Source: Octopus sinensis
Taxonomy: Eukaryota
Length of the DNA stretch: 64,000 nucleotides
NCBI RefSeq assembly: GCF_006345805.1
Contig: NC_042997.1
Location: 76,570,001 to 76,634,000 of the forward strand
Direction of reading: 5' to 3'
Shown here: in pieces, positions 36,270 through 50,300 of the stretch
Position numbering within the stretch: position 1 is the first letter of the stretch
Layout of the letters: the number at the start of each line of letters is the position of its first letter
The notes under the pieces: model-generated
Seen by the model: only the letters and a program-made list of their open reading frames with translations
What the model was told of the DNA's origin: nothing
Databases searched by the model: none
Program-made: the position numbers and the translations under genes

Positions 36270-39200
36270 TCTTTTCTGCTGTTACAGCAGAATTTTGCTG
36301 TCCTTTCCCCCTTGTTTTAAGGAGAAAACTGCTAGAAACATGAATACGTCACCAATTTCTTCATGTTCGAGGAAAACTTTGAAATTTTGTATCAAGGCAT
36401 AGAGAGGAGTATTAGGGAGGAGAGCGGTAAAGATATAGAGGCGTTGCACATGCTCGCTACAAAGGCAGACAATAAAATGTCTAGTGAGGCTACACAAGCA
36501 GAAAAGTCTAGAGTTAATTTTGCGCGTGCAGCAACTTGCTCCAGTGAAAATATTGAAATAAGCAAGGATGATTAAAAAAAATATCAAAGTTTACTACAAA
36601 AGGAAGGTGAAAATGTAAACTTGCTCCCTCCCAGTGAATTAATCAACATGATGGAGAGAAAAACACTAATATAACCATGTCAAAAATAGAAAAAGTGATG
36701 AGGGAAGCCATAGAGAAATGCTTGAGGCCGATATGGCAACAAACAAGGAGTAGTCGCTTCAGCACTGTAGAGGTACGTTACCCTAGCGAAGAAAAAGCCA
36801 GGGAACATTCGACAATGACATTGAAGTCGGAAGAGGTCTCCTGCCTACTTACTTAGGAAGGAGAACTTCAAAAGTCAGGGTCAGTGATATACCACCTGAA
36901 ATAGATGTGGCCTGGCTGGTAGCCACTAACCTCATGGGCAGAGAGGAAAAAAATTACCATTCTACAGACGAAGAGATACCACCACATGAACTGGGTCAGA
37001 CAAGCCTTAGAGCTTGTTCAAGCAAACCCCATCGATTTAGAAGAAATGCTCAGCTCAAAACCAAAGTCCTAATAAGTAGGAAGGCAGGCAAACCACAAAT
37101 CCCTTCAGGTAGATGGCCCTGCTTGATCTGAAGTAGAGGCGTAGGTAGAAACTCTATAAGATGTACCCAGTGTAAGCTATGGATAAATAAGAGGTGCAGC
37201 AATGTCAAAGGAAGGCTAACTAGGAAGATAGTTTTTGTATGTGGCAGATGCTCGGGAGCAATAAACACTGAAAATGCGCAGAGACCAACTTCCGCCACAT
37301 TCCAGGGAGAAAAACTAGAAGTGGTTGATAGCTTCTGTTGCCTAGGTGACCAAGTCAGTAGCGGAGGAGGGTGCACTGAAAATGTAGCTGCTAGAATAAG
37401 AATAGCTTGGGCAAAGTTCAGAGAGCTCTTACCTCTGCTGGTGACAAGGGGTCTCTCGCTTAGAGTAAAAGGTAAACTGTATGACGCTTGTGTATGAACA
37501 GCCATGCTACATAGCAGTGAAACGTGGGCTGTGACTGCTGAGGACATGCGTAAGCTCACAAGGAATGAAACCAGTATGATCTGATGGATGTGTAATGTCA
37601 GTGTTCATACTCGACAGAGTGTAAGTACCTTGAGAGAAAAGTTGGACCTAAGAAGCATTAGATGTGGTGTGCAAGTAAGACGACTGCGCTGGTATGGTCA
37701 TGTGGCGAGAATGGATGAGGTTAGCTGTTTGAAAAAGTGCCACACCCTGGCAGTTGAGGGAACTTGTGGAAGAGGTAGACCCAGGAAGATCTGGGATGAA
37801 GTGGTGAAGCGCGACCTTTGAACATTAGGCTTCACCAAGGAAATGACTAGCGATTGAGCCTTTTGGAAATATTCTGTGGTTGAGAAGACCTGGCAAGCCA
37901 AGTGAGACCATAGCCTGTGACCTATGCCAGGAGCATAACTAGCCCACTTATGCGTACCTTTTCCTTCTTTGGTCACTAAACTCTGCTTGCGAAGACCTGT
38001 TAAGGCAAGTGAAACCAAAATCAAATTCGACGACTGGCATCTGTGCTAGCGGAGTGCAAAGAGTACCATACGAGGGTGATCGTTGACAGAGTGGCTAACC
38101 GGCTTCCGTGCCAGTAGCACATAAAAGGGCACCGTTCGAGTGTGATCGTTACCAGCGTCACCTTACTGGCACCTGTGCTGGTGGCATGTGTAAAAAAATT
38201 TGAGCAAGGTCATTGCCAGTACTGCCTGACTGGCCCTGTGCCGGTGGCACATAAAAAGCACCCACTACACTCTCGGAGTGGTTGGCGTTAGGAAGGGCAT
38301 CCAGCTGTAGAAACTCTGTCAGATCAAGATTGGAGCCTGGTGCAGATGTCTGGTTCGCCAGCCCTCAGTCAAAATTGTCCAACCCATGCTAGCATGGAAG
38401 GCGGACGTGAAACGATGATGATGATGATGATGAATTATAATTGGGGAAGATACCAGCCTGATGGTGGTGGTTGGGGGGCAAAAGCCGAAGTGCTGTAAAT
38501 GTGGCGAGAAAGGCCACATAAGGTCAAACTGTAAGAAGAAAGACACAGTCAAAGGAAACACAGCGGAAAAGGCAAGCATGCCACTGAAGGCAACGACCAC
38601 ACTGCTAGAAATACCAGCCACATCACGTGCACAAAGTACCAAAGTATAGCTGACAGCGCGAGAAAACAACAACCAGGAGTGGGTCACCATGATACCTTCA
38701 AAAATAAGATGGAAATGAAAAGACTCCCAGCTTCGGATATACAGGACTATGCTCCGAGAGTTACAAGCACACCCACAGCTGCAAACACACACATAGCCAA
38801 AAAACACACACACTGGAAAAAGCACACACAAACACACAGACACCTACCACAAGCACACACACACACACACCTACAAACACCCATGCATCTACAAACACAC
38901 CCACAAGCACACACACACACACCCTTCCACAATCACCTAATAAAAAAAAGAGAAACAACTTCACGGTAATAAACAAAAATAACAAACTCTTAAGAGACCA
39001 AATCCTTTTAATGAAGTCAGCAAACAATATATCGCAACAGATTTACATAGTACAATTCTTGCAAATGTTGAATTTTATACCAACGACAACACAGACTATT
39101 TTGAACTAAAAGAATCTTTTGTAGAGGACATCGGCCTGATACAGATGAACTTTTTGAGCCATCTGTACAGGCAATTCTCTAAAAAAATGACCTCGCAAAC

Positions 39201-41630
39201 CTTACAGACTGAAAAGAGGAGGGATGTAGTTGTAATTACTGAATCGAGACTGAGTGGGCTTCAGCCTTTTTCACCCCTTCTAAATGGCTACGGGAAATAC
39301 GTCTCTCCCTACCGACTGGGAGGGGGCAGAGGAGTGGCAGTGCTAGTCAGGAAAAACCTGGATTTAGAGATTAGAACTGCCTTTATAGATCCAGAAGGTA
39401 GGTTGGTCGTTTTGGATGTGATGCACAGCAGTGATAAAGTTTAGGCTGGATGCTGTCTATGCTCCCTGCAAAGGAAAAGTCGGACAGAACGATTACTTCA
39501 AAAGCCTAGAAAATTTTCTAGGCACGTTGAACACGTTAATATTGCTAGGCGACTTCAACACAATTTGCGATGCACACGTAGATTATGTTGGCTTGAGAAA
39601 GAATAGGAGGGGATACCCTTACCTCAACGATCTGCTAAGTTGTTTCGAGTTGGCAGATCGATTCAGACTGGACCACCTAGACATTCCAGCATGGACCTGG
39701 GCAAGAAACGATGAGTCGTCCAGATCTTACATAGATAGAATCATTACTAGAAGGAAAGATAAGAAAATACTTAGCTGTCCACAACACCATATCGTCAGCT
39801 AGAGTGACCACAAATTAGTGACCTGTACCTAGATAGCATGTGTAGACTAGGTACCGGTTACTGGAAGCTAAACAAGTCGCTATTGGACTGTGAAGCCTAC
39901 AGGAAGCGGATTAGACAGTAATGAGGGCGTTATCTGGATCCATTATCTACAACAAATGGTGGTATGCCCTGAAAGGAGCCATCAAATTTTAGTCGATTAG
40001 GTTTAGCAAAGAATTAGCTAGTGCTAGAAACAAAGTAGAAAAGGAACTAGTTAAGGCATTAGATGAGGCGATGAGGTCAGGCGGTGCATCGAAAGTGTTA
40101 GTGGCGAGGTTGGCACTTGACCAACATCTCAAAGCTAAACACGAAGGGTGCATTGTCAGGGTTAAGATCTGTGCAATGACACAGGAAAGGATCAACGTGG
40201 CCGAATGGGCCCGGGTGGTAGAAGGCCAGCGTGGCAACAGCTCAGCCATTCGATCTTTGATGGACCACATGGTCGATCAGTAAACGAACCCGAGGAGATG
40301 TGGAAGATGTTTCACGATCATTTTGTCCAGCTATTCAGGAGGAGTGGTGGACTGGTGCACGGGGAGAAGCTCGCAGACGTCCTGGCCAGTTCGCCGCATC
40401 TCTCGGGGCTGGATGCAGAATCTTGTGAAGCGCCAATCACAGCCAAGGAGGTCGAGGATGTGTTGGCAAACTGCGACAGGGACAAATTGCCAGGACTCAA
40501 TGGTTTTCCTTACAAACTCTATAGTAGCATACCAGACTTGTTTGGGCACCTACTTGCATGCATGTACATCAATTGGCAGCAGAATGGAAGAATTCCCAAG
40601 TCTGTGAGCCGAGGGGTGGTAGCGCTGTTAAGAAAGGACCCAAACAAGAGGGATTTAATTGATAATTTTTGGCCCATCACTCTGCTTAATGCAAAGTTGA
40701 AGATTTTGGCCAAGGTTTTAGCAAAAAGGTTGGTGCGGGTCATGGGTGAACTTGTTGGCAAGGTGCAAACTTGCACCATCCCTGGCAGGACCATGCGCAA
40801 CAATATCCACTTTCTACACAATGCCTTAGAAAGGGTAAATAGGATTCCTAGCAAGGGTGGGGCTATGGTCCATTTAGACCAATTGAAAGCATTCAATAGG
40901 GTAGACCATTAGTATCTGGCGGCGGTTGGCTTCAGCCTGACCTTTCGTGGATGGATCAATACTTTATGCAGCAACATCGAGTCGGTAGTTCGGGTGAACA
41001 GTTACTTTTCGGAGCTGTTCTGCATTGAACGTTCGGTATGTCAAGGGTGCCCTCTCTTCCCGCTTCTCTACATTTTGGCCCTCGAACCATTGCTGAGGAG
41101 GTTGGAAGCTATAAAGGGCGCTCTGCAAGATCTAGAGTGCGGAATGTCAACTTGGCATATGTGGATGACATCACTCTCATCGTATCCTGGGTCAAGCACC
41201 TACAATGGGTAGGTGAAGCCTTAAGGGATTACGAAGCAGTGGCAGGAGCGAAAATCAACCGGGATAAATCGGTCAGCTTGCAACTTGGCACCTGGAGGGG
41301 CAAGTTGATGCCTTCCGACAGCATGGTGGGACGTTGGACGGAAGGGCTGGTGAAAATGCTTGGAGTCTGGTTAGGTCCAGATCTCCAGATAGAGAAGAAT
41401 TGGAGCAAGGTGGCAAGCAAGGTAGCTCTCCTAACTCAGACCTGGTCTGAGGAGAGGCTGTCCTTGAAAGGGATGGCGGATGTTGCAGAGGTGTTTATTG
41501 CCTTTGTAAACACTTACTGCCTGACCATTTTGCCTTGCCCTGATTCGTGGCTGAACAAGCTGGAATGCATGCTCTTTCGCTTTCTATCTGCTGCCAAAAA
41601 CCGCTGAAGGGTGGGCTAGGGATGTCGTGG
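36270..41630 (+). mobile_element. Tx1/L1-clade LINE, degenerate; ORF1 split by a nested RTE, ORF2 with APE and RT, 3'-truncated
   Basis: ORF1 LPTYLGRRTSKVRVSDIPPEIDVAWL (36841) resumes after the insert as VVVGGQKPKCCKCGEKGHIRSNC. ORF2: ITESRL, GRGVAVL, AVYAP, LLGDFN, SYIDRI, PITLLNAKLKILAKVLA.RL, DQLKAFNRVDH, QGCPL, AYVDDIT. Confidence 0.88.
37052..38433 (+). mobile_element. RTE LINE, 5'-truncated, nested in Tx1 ORF1
   Basis: Collinear with 8326-9235, with a complete 3' UTR and (GAT)n tail. Confidence 0.88.
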
Positions 41631-41639
41631 CTAAAAATG

Positions 41640-42100
41640 CACAGACTCTACTGTTCTGCCACTTGGAAAAAGTAGAACTTTGTATACTTTTATCTGTCCA
41701 GTAATACTTATAACCTTTGGGGCCATCCAACTTCCATCTTTTCTCATCAGGTGGAAATCATGATTCAAAATCATTCTTCTTACAGTGGATGTTGAGGTTC
41801 TTACTCCTGCTGATGTCTTGATTTTAGAAACAGAAGAACAGTGTGACTTCTTCACAATTCTGACAATGGCTCTTTTTGATGTAGCCTTGGGATGTCCACT
41901 AACATAAACCCTGTTGTAGCTGTTAGGATCTTTCAGAAAATTGTCCATTGGTGTTTTGCTTTGGTGAATCTTCTCAGCAATCTTCCAGTTACTCATTCCT
42001 TCCACTTTCAGTGCAAGAATCTTCCCTTGTTCAATTTTGGAAAACTTTGCAGCTTTAGGCATACTGGAAATTTATCTGGATCACAAAGAATACTACTGAA
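41640..42100 (-). mobile_element. Tc3/Tc1-like transposase N-terminal (paired HTH) remnant
   Basis: MPKAAKFSKIEQGKILALKVEGMSNWKIAEKIHQSKT..SGHPKATS..STSTVRR. Confidence 0.7.
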
Positions 42101-42347
42101 TTGAATATTTTCCGAAACAATGAAAGAAATGAAAATGTATTAGTGGCTTTATGGTTTTGAAGTGTTGATATGCTAGGAAAAATTGGAAAATCAGGTGTTG
42201 TAATGTGATAATAAAGGTACAGGTTTTACATTTCAAAGTATTCATGAAATACCCATTTACAATATATTATGCCGCTTAGTCCACTTAAATACAGAGCTAG
42301 ATTTCTAAATAACTTAAAAAGACATGTGGATTTATAGTTTTGAATAG

Positions 42348-42397
<50 letters not shown>

Positions 42398-42419
42398 AGA
42401 GACAGAGAGAGATCTGTAT

Positions 42420-42900
42420 TTTCTGTCTTTCTTTACTTTTCAGTGATTGCATGGGTTGGGCATGTCCTCCCTAATACAGTATCTTGCCATTCTTGTGCTC
42501 CTTTATCATTTTTTTTAATATGGGCATCCTGAGATTAGCTTTCACTACTTTTGCCTGTCTTCCTTGATATTTCTCTTCCACTTTGATCTCCTAGCACTTC
42601 ATTAGCCATCTGTTATCATCCATTCATATTTCATGTTTACCAACACAGCTGTTATCTAATTTCCCTTTTACCCATTCTATTTTCAGTCATCTGTACCATA
42701 ATGCATGTGCATACTATTACATATCTGGCATTATATGCTGGTTTCAATTTTTTTGCAATTTTTGTGCATCTTCTGTATTCAGTGCCCACATCTCACTACC
42801 ATGAAACATTGCATATCGTATATGAACAACATTCAGTCTACCATTTGTTCGAAGAGAGAATTCTCTTTTTATCAACAAAGATAATCTTATCCTGAGTGTT
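42420..42900 (-). mobile_element. Old RTE 3' fragment
   Basis: Minus-strand MFHGSEMWALN-type RTE motif. Confidence 0.5.
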
Positions 42901-43180
42901 TTTGTGTTGTGTACGTTTTCTGGCTACTATACTTTTGATATATCTTCCTTCCCAACTCATTAGATTGCCTTGGTGGAAGAAGCTATCTATTATTTCTATG
43001 GATCCATCCGTGAATTGAAAAAGAATTTATTGTACCAGTGCTCTGATTACTAGCTACTCTTGTACACCAGCCACATATTTATATTAAACAATTTAAAAAA
43101 TTGAATTATAATCTTTTTTAATATATTTCTCAAAATATGCCAAGTTCCTTGATATCTGGTTATATACTTATATTTTCTAG

Positions 43181-43436
43181 ATCCTGAAATGAATGATTAC
43201 CTTCGTAACTACTTTGGTGCTGCAGCCACTACAGTTGACAAAGATTTTTATATAATGGGTGGCTATAATGGTGTGGAAAGTGGGAAATTAATGAGAATAA
43301 ATCTTCCTGATGATACGTGCACCCTTATATATGACTATGAGACTTGTAAGAGTACTGATGGCTGTTCTGCATGTAAGTTAGAAACTGTATACAACTTGAC
43401 ATACTGTGTTTCTACTGAAGGTAGATTTCCTGATAT
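43181..43436 (+). CDS. MEGF8: MEGF8-like exon C (last kelch plus start of PSI; DPEMNDYLRNYFGAAATTVDKDFYIMGGYNGVESGKLMRINLPDDTCTLIY...GRFPD)
   Basis: TATTTTCTAG acceptor; AT/GTAAGT donor at 43437; phase 1 in, 2 out. Matches MEGF8 LYISGGFGGVALGRLLALTLPPDPC. Confidence 0.9.
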
Positions 43437-44739
43437 GTAAGTATAAATTTTTATTTTTTCATAACAAAATAATTTTGAAGATTGCTTTTTTATGTATATA
43501 TATTTCTAATTTCGATGCTCTAAACCCTAAGCATATTTAGCAGGATACTAGCATGACATTACATCAAACTCAGTGGTGTGAAGATGGCTATGTAATATTC
43601 ATCTAAATCTAAGTTGTATGATAGTATTCTGTCATAAAAAGAAGATTAGACTCCATACAATAATAAATAGAATTTATTTGGGAAAGTTGATGCAAACACA
43701 GCTTTTCATAAAATGTAAGAAATTAACATGTTGTGGATCCTTTTTGAATAACAAGTAAACACTAACTAGTTGTGAGACAAAATTGCAAGGGTATCAGAAA
43801 CATATGTGTGGTGTCGTGTGTGAGGCTTAGACAGAAAACATATTCAGTTCATAGCTTGGACTTACAAGTTTATAGCAGGTGTCAATGAAATTGGTAACAT
43901 GACAGGCCAATGATGAGTAAGCTGTGACGGTAGAGTTAGCTGCTGAACAATTTGCCATGATAATGCAAGATATAATGATAGCTGTTGAATATTCGTTGTG
44001 GAAATGAAGGTGGTCTCCAATCTGCTAGGCAAGCATCATTAGAACAATGGTAGCCACATATGTCTATGGCCCAAAACAAAAGAGTCCAGACAGCTGAAAA
44101 AACTGCTATTTATGTGTGGCCTGGTGCTTGATTTTCCCACCAGGGAGTGGGGAAATGATTTGTTGTAGGGACATGACTGGATAGTTGTACTTGACCAACC
44201 AGCTCACTCAATCACCAGATCATATGATAGCTGAATGAGGAGGTTTTGTATAATCTAATTGAAAACATTTAATATTAAATAACTGAGGCTCTGGTAACTG
44301 CTTCTGGTAATGCCTCTAGTAACTACTTCTGCTACACATTCTGCTAAATGTGTTTATTTTACTTGGTTTTGCCTTTTTGTAACCTTATATTGTTGCATAT
44401 CTTAAACATTTTCAAAGTTCACTCACAACAAAAAGTAAATCGGCTAGGCCTTCATCTCCACATACTGAATAAATATTGAAAAGATGCATTTAAGAAATTA
44501 TTATGATTAGTTATTTAAAAATATACAAATATAAATTACTGAAGCTGATTTTTTTGTTATTAAAATGGAACATTTCTTGACAGTTATTTCTAAGAGAAAT
44601 TTCTGATCTCTGAAATAAAAATACATTTTGAAATTTTCAATGTATATATATAAAAAAAAGATAATAAAAGCCACTTGAAAATTGTACTTAGTTGACAAAC
44701 TGGCTTTAGAAAACACGATAAAAATTTTGAAATCAGAAG

Positions 44740-45850
44740 TAAACAGTATACATAAATGTGTGTTGAAACATTAAATTAACAGTAAATAATCGTACAACTT
44801 TAGAAGTTCATCTACATGTCACTCCTTCACATTTCCACTAATTTTCATTTCAAAATTTGTAACCTTGAGCTTTCATCAAGCATTCATTAGCTTCAAAATT
44901 CTCCATAAGGACAAGATCTTTCATTTTAAATTCGTATGGATGATGTGTATCTTGTTTCAGTAGGTAAATTCTGTTTGCATATATAACCTCATTCAATCAG
45001 GCTCCATTGCTTCAGTTATTGCTTTCACAGCTTGATTTCCAATTCTTATGTGTTTTTTGTTCTGGTCATTGTTTGCCAATTTTTGTAATGACTCTCTTTC
45101 AGTCATACTAAGGATTTTTACTTTTCCAAGTTCATCGAGAATTTCTTGCTTTGTTTGTTCTATCTGATCATTATGCATATAAGTAAAAGTATTCTCATCC
45201 ATATTGTTAATTTTGTCTTTCAGTTTGGACCTTCTCTCTTGTATTTCTGATACAATATTTTTGTGAAATTTCTTCCAATGACACTTTAGATACTAAGTTT
45301 TGTGGTTTCTCTTTTGTCACGTATTTATTTTCATCCCTATTTGATACTAATAACCACAAACCTTTTTCTGTTTTCTTCATCATTTCATTTAACTCTGCAT
45401 TTGTTTGTTACTTGTTTCTGGGAATCTCTCTTCTTACATTTGCAAGTTTGTTTTCATCCATGTTTGGTCTCATTTCTGGATTTCTTTCCATCCATGCCCT
45501 AACAGAATTTACTGTGTGCTTTGATTATGGTTTGCCCAATGAGTGTTAGAATCTGTATATCACTTCTTTATACTCTGATCCATTTGTTATATTGAGATTT
45601 TTGTCTTCCTTGTTCTGCTGTACTTGGGGACTTGGGTTGAGATTAATCTTGTTGAAGTCTGTATTTAAGTTTGTATTTGGAGAAGAGCTTGTTTTAGTTG
45701 CTAACCTTTCACTCTTCAGCTGATTTCTCTGAGGGATTGGCTCTTCTTGAACTGGGTGACAACCAATCCAGTACACGTTTTCCTCTGTAGACATTGCATT
45801 TTTTTTTTTGTTATGCATTTATTTAAATCCTTTACTATCAAGGGATAATT
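44740..45850 (-). mobile_element. R4/Dong-like 5' ORF fragment
   Basis: EYKEVIY (Myb-like) and MDENKLANVRREI resemble the 50600-50820 segment of the near-intact copy. Confidence 0.6.
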
Positions 45851-46519
45851 TTGTCCACGATACTGTAGCAAAAGCTTGATAACTCATGACCTTTAGCTAC
45901 CCACATTGTGGCATTTTACTTTTAGCTACCTATTTTTGGTTCATCATGTGATGGTCCAGTCCATTTAGCTTTACTTGAACTGTTCACCCCTTAACGTGAT
46001 GGACTAGCCTAGTGTCCCTATGTCAGCTTTTTAACGGATGAATTTTCAAGCTAATTCCTTATGGGGATGAGTTTGCTATGAGCGAGTTTTGGATCTTCAA
46101 TAGTGGGAGCAGTGTATTCACTTTGCAGTTTCAGCAATAACAGAATTATAACTAGAATCCTTGATGCTATCCAACATTTTGAACAGAATTGTAACCAGAA
46201 TCCTTGATGCTATTCTTAATGTTTTTCTAACCTTTCATCTTCAACTTCTGTAGATATTTGAATCTATGTAATATATTGACAATTATTAATGTCCTACTAG
46301 TTTGATGTATTTCATTTTAGCTATGGTAATAAATGTTTCAGTGTGGTGAACTCCACCTTTGCATTTTCTTATTAATATCCATCCTAGCTTATTTTAATCA
46401 AAAGGCATTATATTATCAGGCCTTAAGCCACATTCCATACAATAACAACACTCATTGCTAAAATACTAACTCTAAGGCAAGATTAGTGAGCTCGTCCTGG
46501 CCATGAGATATGGTTGCTT

Positions 46520-46800
46520 TCCATATTGTTATTTTATTGTCTTTGCACAGCTTCTAATGCTGGAGATGTACTACGGTGTTAGTTGTTCACTACCAGTGAA
46601 CTAAGGAAACACCCCTTATTTTTTGAGCACCATCCGGAGTATTCGAGTGGTTCCAAGCAGTGCTGTTGTCTGCAAGTGCTCCACCCTTATTGTAGCCCCT
46701 ATTTGTTCCTTGTACTTCTCAAGATTTTTACTCACTTTTCCCAGGGCTCTGACAATTATTGGTACTACTACCACCTTTTTCAGTGACCACAACTGCTTTA
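46520..46800 (-). mobile_element. R4/Dong-like 3' end, abutting (TAA)n
   Basis: VVVPIIVRALGKV..LQTTALLGTTRILRMVL*. Confidence 0.7.
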
Positions 46801-47058
46801 TTATTATTATTATTGATTTGCACCTTTACAGGTGCCAGTGCCATGAAAATACACTTGTATTGGTGCTATGTATATGCACTTGTGCCAGTGGCACATAAAA
46901 AAGTACCCAGCATACTCTGTAAAGTGGTTGGCATTAGGAAGGGCATCCAACCATAGAAACCATGCCACAACAGACAATTGGAGTCTGGACAGCTCCTGTC
47001 AAACAGTCTAACCCATACCAGCATGGAAAACAGTGATGATGATGATGATGACAACGAC

Positions 47059-47103
<45 letters not shown>

Positions 47104-47336
47104 GGCAGTGAACTGGCAGAACCATTAGCACACCGGGCAAAATGCTTAGCAGCATTTTGTCCATCTTTAAACTCTGAGTTCAAGTTCTTTTGAGGTCGAC
47201 TTAGCCTTTTATCCTTTCAGGGTTGATGAATTAAGTACCAGTGAAACACTGAGGTTGATAAAATCAACTAGTCCCTTGCCCCTAAATTTCAGGCCTTGTA
47301 CCTTTAGTAGAAAGGATTTTTATTATTATTATTATT

Positions 47337-50300
47337 CAGTAGTTTTATTTTTATAGCGTGCTTTCACTTCACTACCGAGCGCAGCTCTGTGTGCCTTGGG
47401 TATGTGCTGTGATTTGTTGTGATGCTCTGATGGTTATTGTATGGAAAGTGTTCTGCGTAGGATGTGTGCAGTGCCTAGTAGTGCAATTTTCTGTATTTTA
47501 TATGTGTTTGTAAGTCCTGGTGTTTTTGTTATGTATTTGTCTGAATGTTTTTTTATCATGCCTAATGCACCTACTATGATAGGAATTGTTTCTGTTTTCA
47601 GGTTCCTCATTCTAGTTACCTCTATTTCCAGGTCTTTGTATTTTGAGAGTTTCTCCATTTCTTTTAGAGACACGTTGTCATCTGCCGGTATTGATACATC
47701 AATTAGAAAGCATTTTTTTCCTTCATGATCTCTGACAACTATATCTGGTCTGTTGGCCTTAATTTCTCTATCTGTGTGTATCGGCATATCCCAGAGTATG
47801 GTTGCTTTCTCGTTTTCTGTGACCTTTTCTGGTGTGTGCCTATACCATCTTTTTTCTGTTGTTATTCCATAATGTTGGCATAGCTTCCAATGTATGTAGG
47901 TTCCAACTCTGTCACGTCTGTGAATATATTCCTTCTTAGCCAGGACTGGGCAGCTAGAGATAATATGATTTATTGTTTCTTGTCCATCTCCACATATTCT
48001 GCAGTTACTTGTAATATTTCTTTTCATTACAGGTTTTTGGTAATTTCTGGTGGGGAGGCTTTGGTCTTGTGCTGCAATTAAAAATCCCTCTGTTTCTGCT
48101 TTGAGTCCTGAGCTTCTCAACCATTGCTGGGATTTTTCTTTGTCTATTTCTTTTGCGTTTAGTTTAGTGCAGTATTTACCATGAAGGGGCTTTTCTTGCC
48201 ATCGTTTTATCATGGCTCGTTGCTGTTCTATTTTTAGTTTGGATTTCATTTGTTTTATAGCTTTTGTTGTTTCTTCATCATCTTCTTCTTCTTCTTTGTG
48301 TTTATTAGGTGGTATGATTTCTTGTTTGTATTTGTCAGCTTCCTTAAATACTGAGAACAGTTTTTTGTTTTGCTCGTGTTTTGCTGCTATCTGGATCAGT
48401 TTTCCTTCCTTCTGAAGTAGGTATTTTTGCAGTCCTATGGTGGTTATTTTATAGTAGTTTTCCAGCTGTATAAGGCCTCTACCACCTTCTATACGTTGTA
48501 TATATAGTCTTTCTATGTCAGATTTTGGGTGATGCATCCTAGATCCTGTCAGTATTTTTCTTGTTTTCCTATCTATTTTGGACAGTTCATTTCGTGTCCA
48601 GTTAAGGATATTGTAGCTGTAACTTATAACTGGGACAGCTAAAGTGTTGATACCTATTATCTTGTTTTTAGCATTGAGCTCTGTTTTTAGTATTGATCTA
48701 ACTCGTCTATAATATTCTTTTTTTATTTTCTCTTTCATTTGTGTGTGTTGTGTCTTATCTAGTTCATGGATTCCTAAGTATTTGTAAGTTTGGCTTTGGT
48801 CTAATTCTTTTATTTCATTGGTTTTATCTAGTGTGATGTTGTTACTCTTAACTAGTTTTCCTCTTTTCATGGTTACTTTGGCGCATTTTTCTAATCCAAA
48901 TTTCATATCTATTTCTTTGGTAAATCCACGAACTGTCTTTAATAGTGTTTCCAGCTGTTTGTCATTTGCAGCGTATAGTTTTAGGTCATCCATATATAAA
49001 AGGTGGCTGATCGTTTTGCCGTAACATTTATATCCACATCCAGTTCTATTTAGCATATCAGATAGAGGTGACAGTGCCAAGCAGAAAAGGAGTGGAGAGA
49101 GCGTGTCTCCCTGGAATATTCCTCTTCTAATGGGGATGTCTTTGGTTTTCACGAGTCCCTCTTTTGTTTGGAGGTGTAGGACTGTTTGCCATTTATTCAT
49201 AGAGTGCTCTATGAATTTTATGATTGTTGGTGCTACTTTGTTAATGGCTAGTGTTTCGAGGATCCATGTGTGGGGGATGCTGTCAAACGCCTTTTTGTAG
49301 TCAATCCAGGCCATACTGAGGCCTTTCTTCTTTCTGTGGCTGTCTTCAGTTACGGCTTTATTAATCATTAGTTGATCTTTACAGCCATATGAGCCCTTGC
49401 GGCATCCTTTCTGCTCTTCTGGGAACAGTTTGTTTTCGTCCAGGTGCTTGTTCAGCCTTTGCGTTATCACTGCAGTAAATGCCTTGAACATAGTAGGGAG
49501 GCAGGTTATTGGTATGTAGTTTTTCTGGTTTTGTTGTTTCATTTGATTTGGGAATTAAGATGGTTTTCCCCTTCGTGAGCCATTCAGGCATTGTCTCTGG
49601 CTCTGCTAGTATGCTGTTAAAGTTTTCAGCCAGCTTTTTGTGCATTCCTGTTAGATATTTCAACCAGAAGTTGGGGATCTTGTCATGCCCAGGTGCCTTC
49701 CAGTTGCTTAGTCTTTGCAGTGCCTGGGTGACCTCTTCAGTTGTTATGGGGGTCCAAAGTTGTTCAGATGCCGAGTTTGTTATTTTCATACTCCTTTTTT
49801 TTGGCTGTTCGTTCGCCGACCATATTTCTTTCCAGAATTCTTCCAATTCTTCTGCCGTTGGTGCTGCAGTGACTTCTATTTTATTTTTGCCCAGTTCTTG
49901 GTAGAACTTTTTGGGGTCGGAGTTGAACTTTTTGTTCTGTTCAAAGAAGCGTTGGCGTTTCTCGTACCGGCGGATCCTTTGAGCTTTGGCAAGGATATCT
50001 TGCTTCAGCTTTTCTTTTATCTCCGGCAAATCTTTTTCCGTGATGTTATATTTGCGGAGCATTTTTGTTCTCTTTTTGTTGCTCAGTAGCGTTGCTTGTT
50101 TGCTGATTTCATTAAGAATCGACAGGTCTTTTCTAATTTTTTTTATTTTGTTTTGGATGTTATTTATCCACAGGGTTTGTTTGGGTGGTGGTACTCCTGT
50201 TTGGGCGGGTTTGGGTGAGTATCCAGCTTCTTTTGTGGCTGCAGTGGCTGCTGCGTATATCAAGTCATTTAGTTCAGTGATATCACTTTTTTTTGTTTCA

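Noticed and set aside
43421-43426. Alternative donor GAAG/GTAGAT for exon C
   Set aside because: Phase 1 is incompatible with the phase 2 acceptor of exon D. The GTAAGT at 43437 fits.
44142-44330. Polypurine tract followed by TGTTGTAG, a possible LTR start
   Set aside because: No matching second LTR, no clear CA end and no recognisable integrase upstream.
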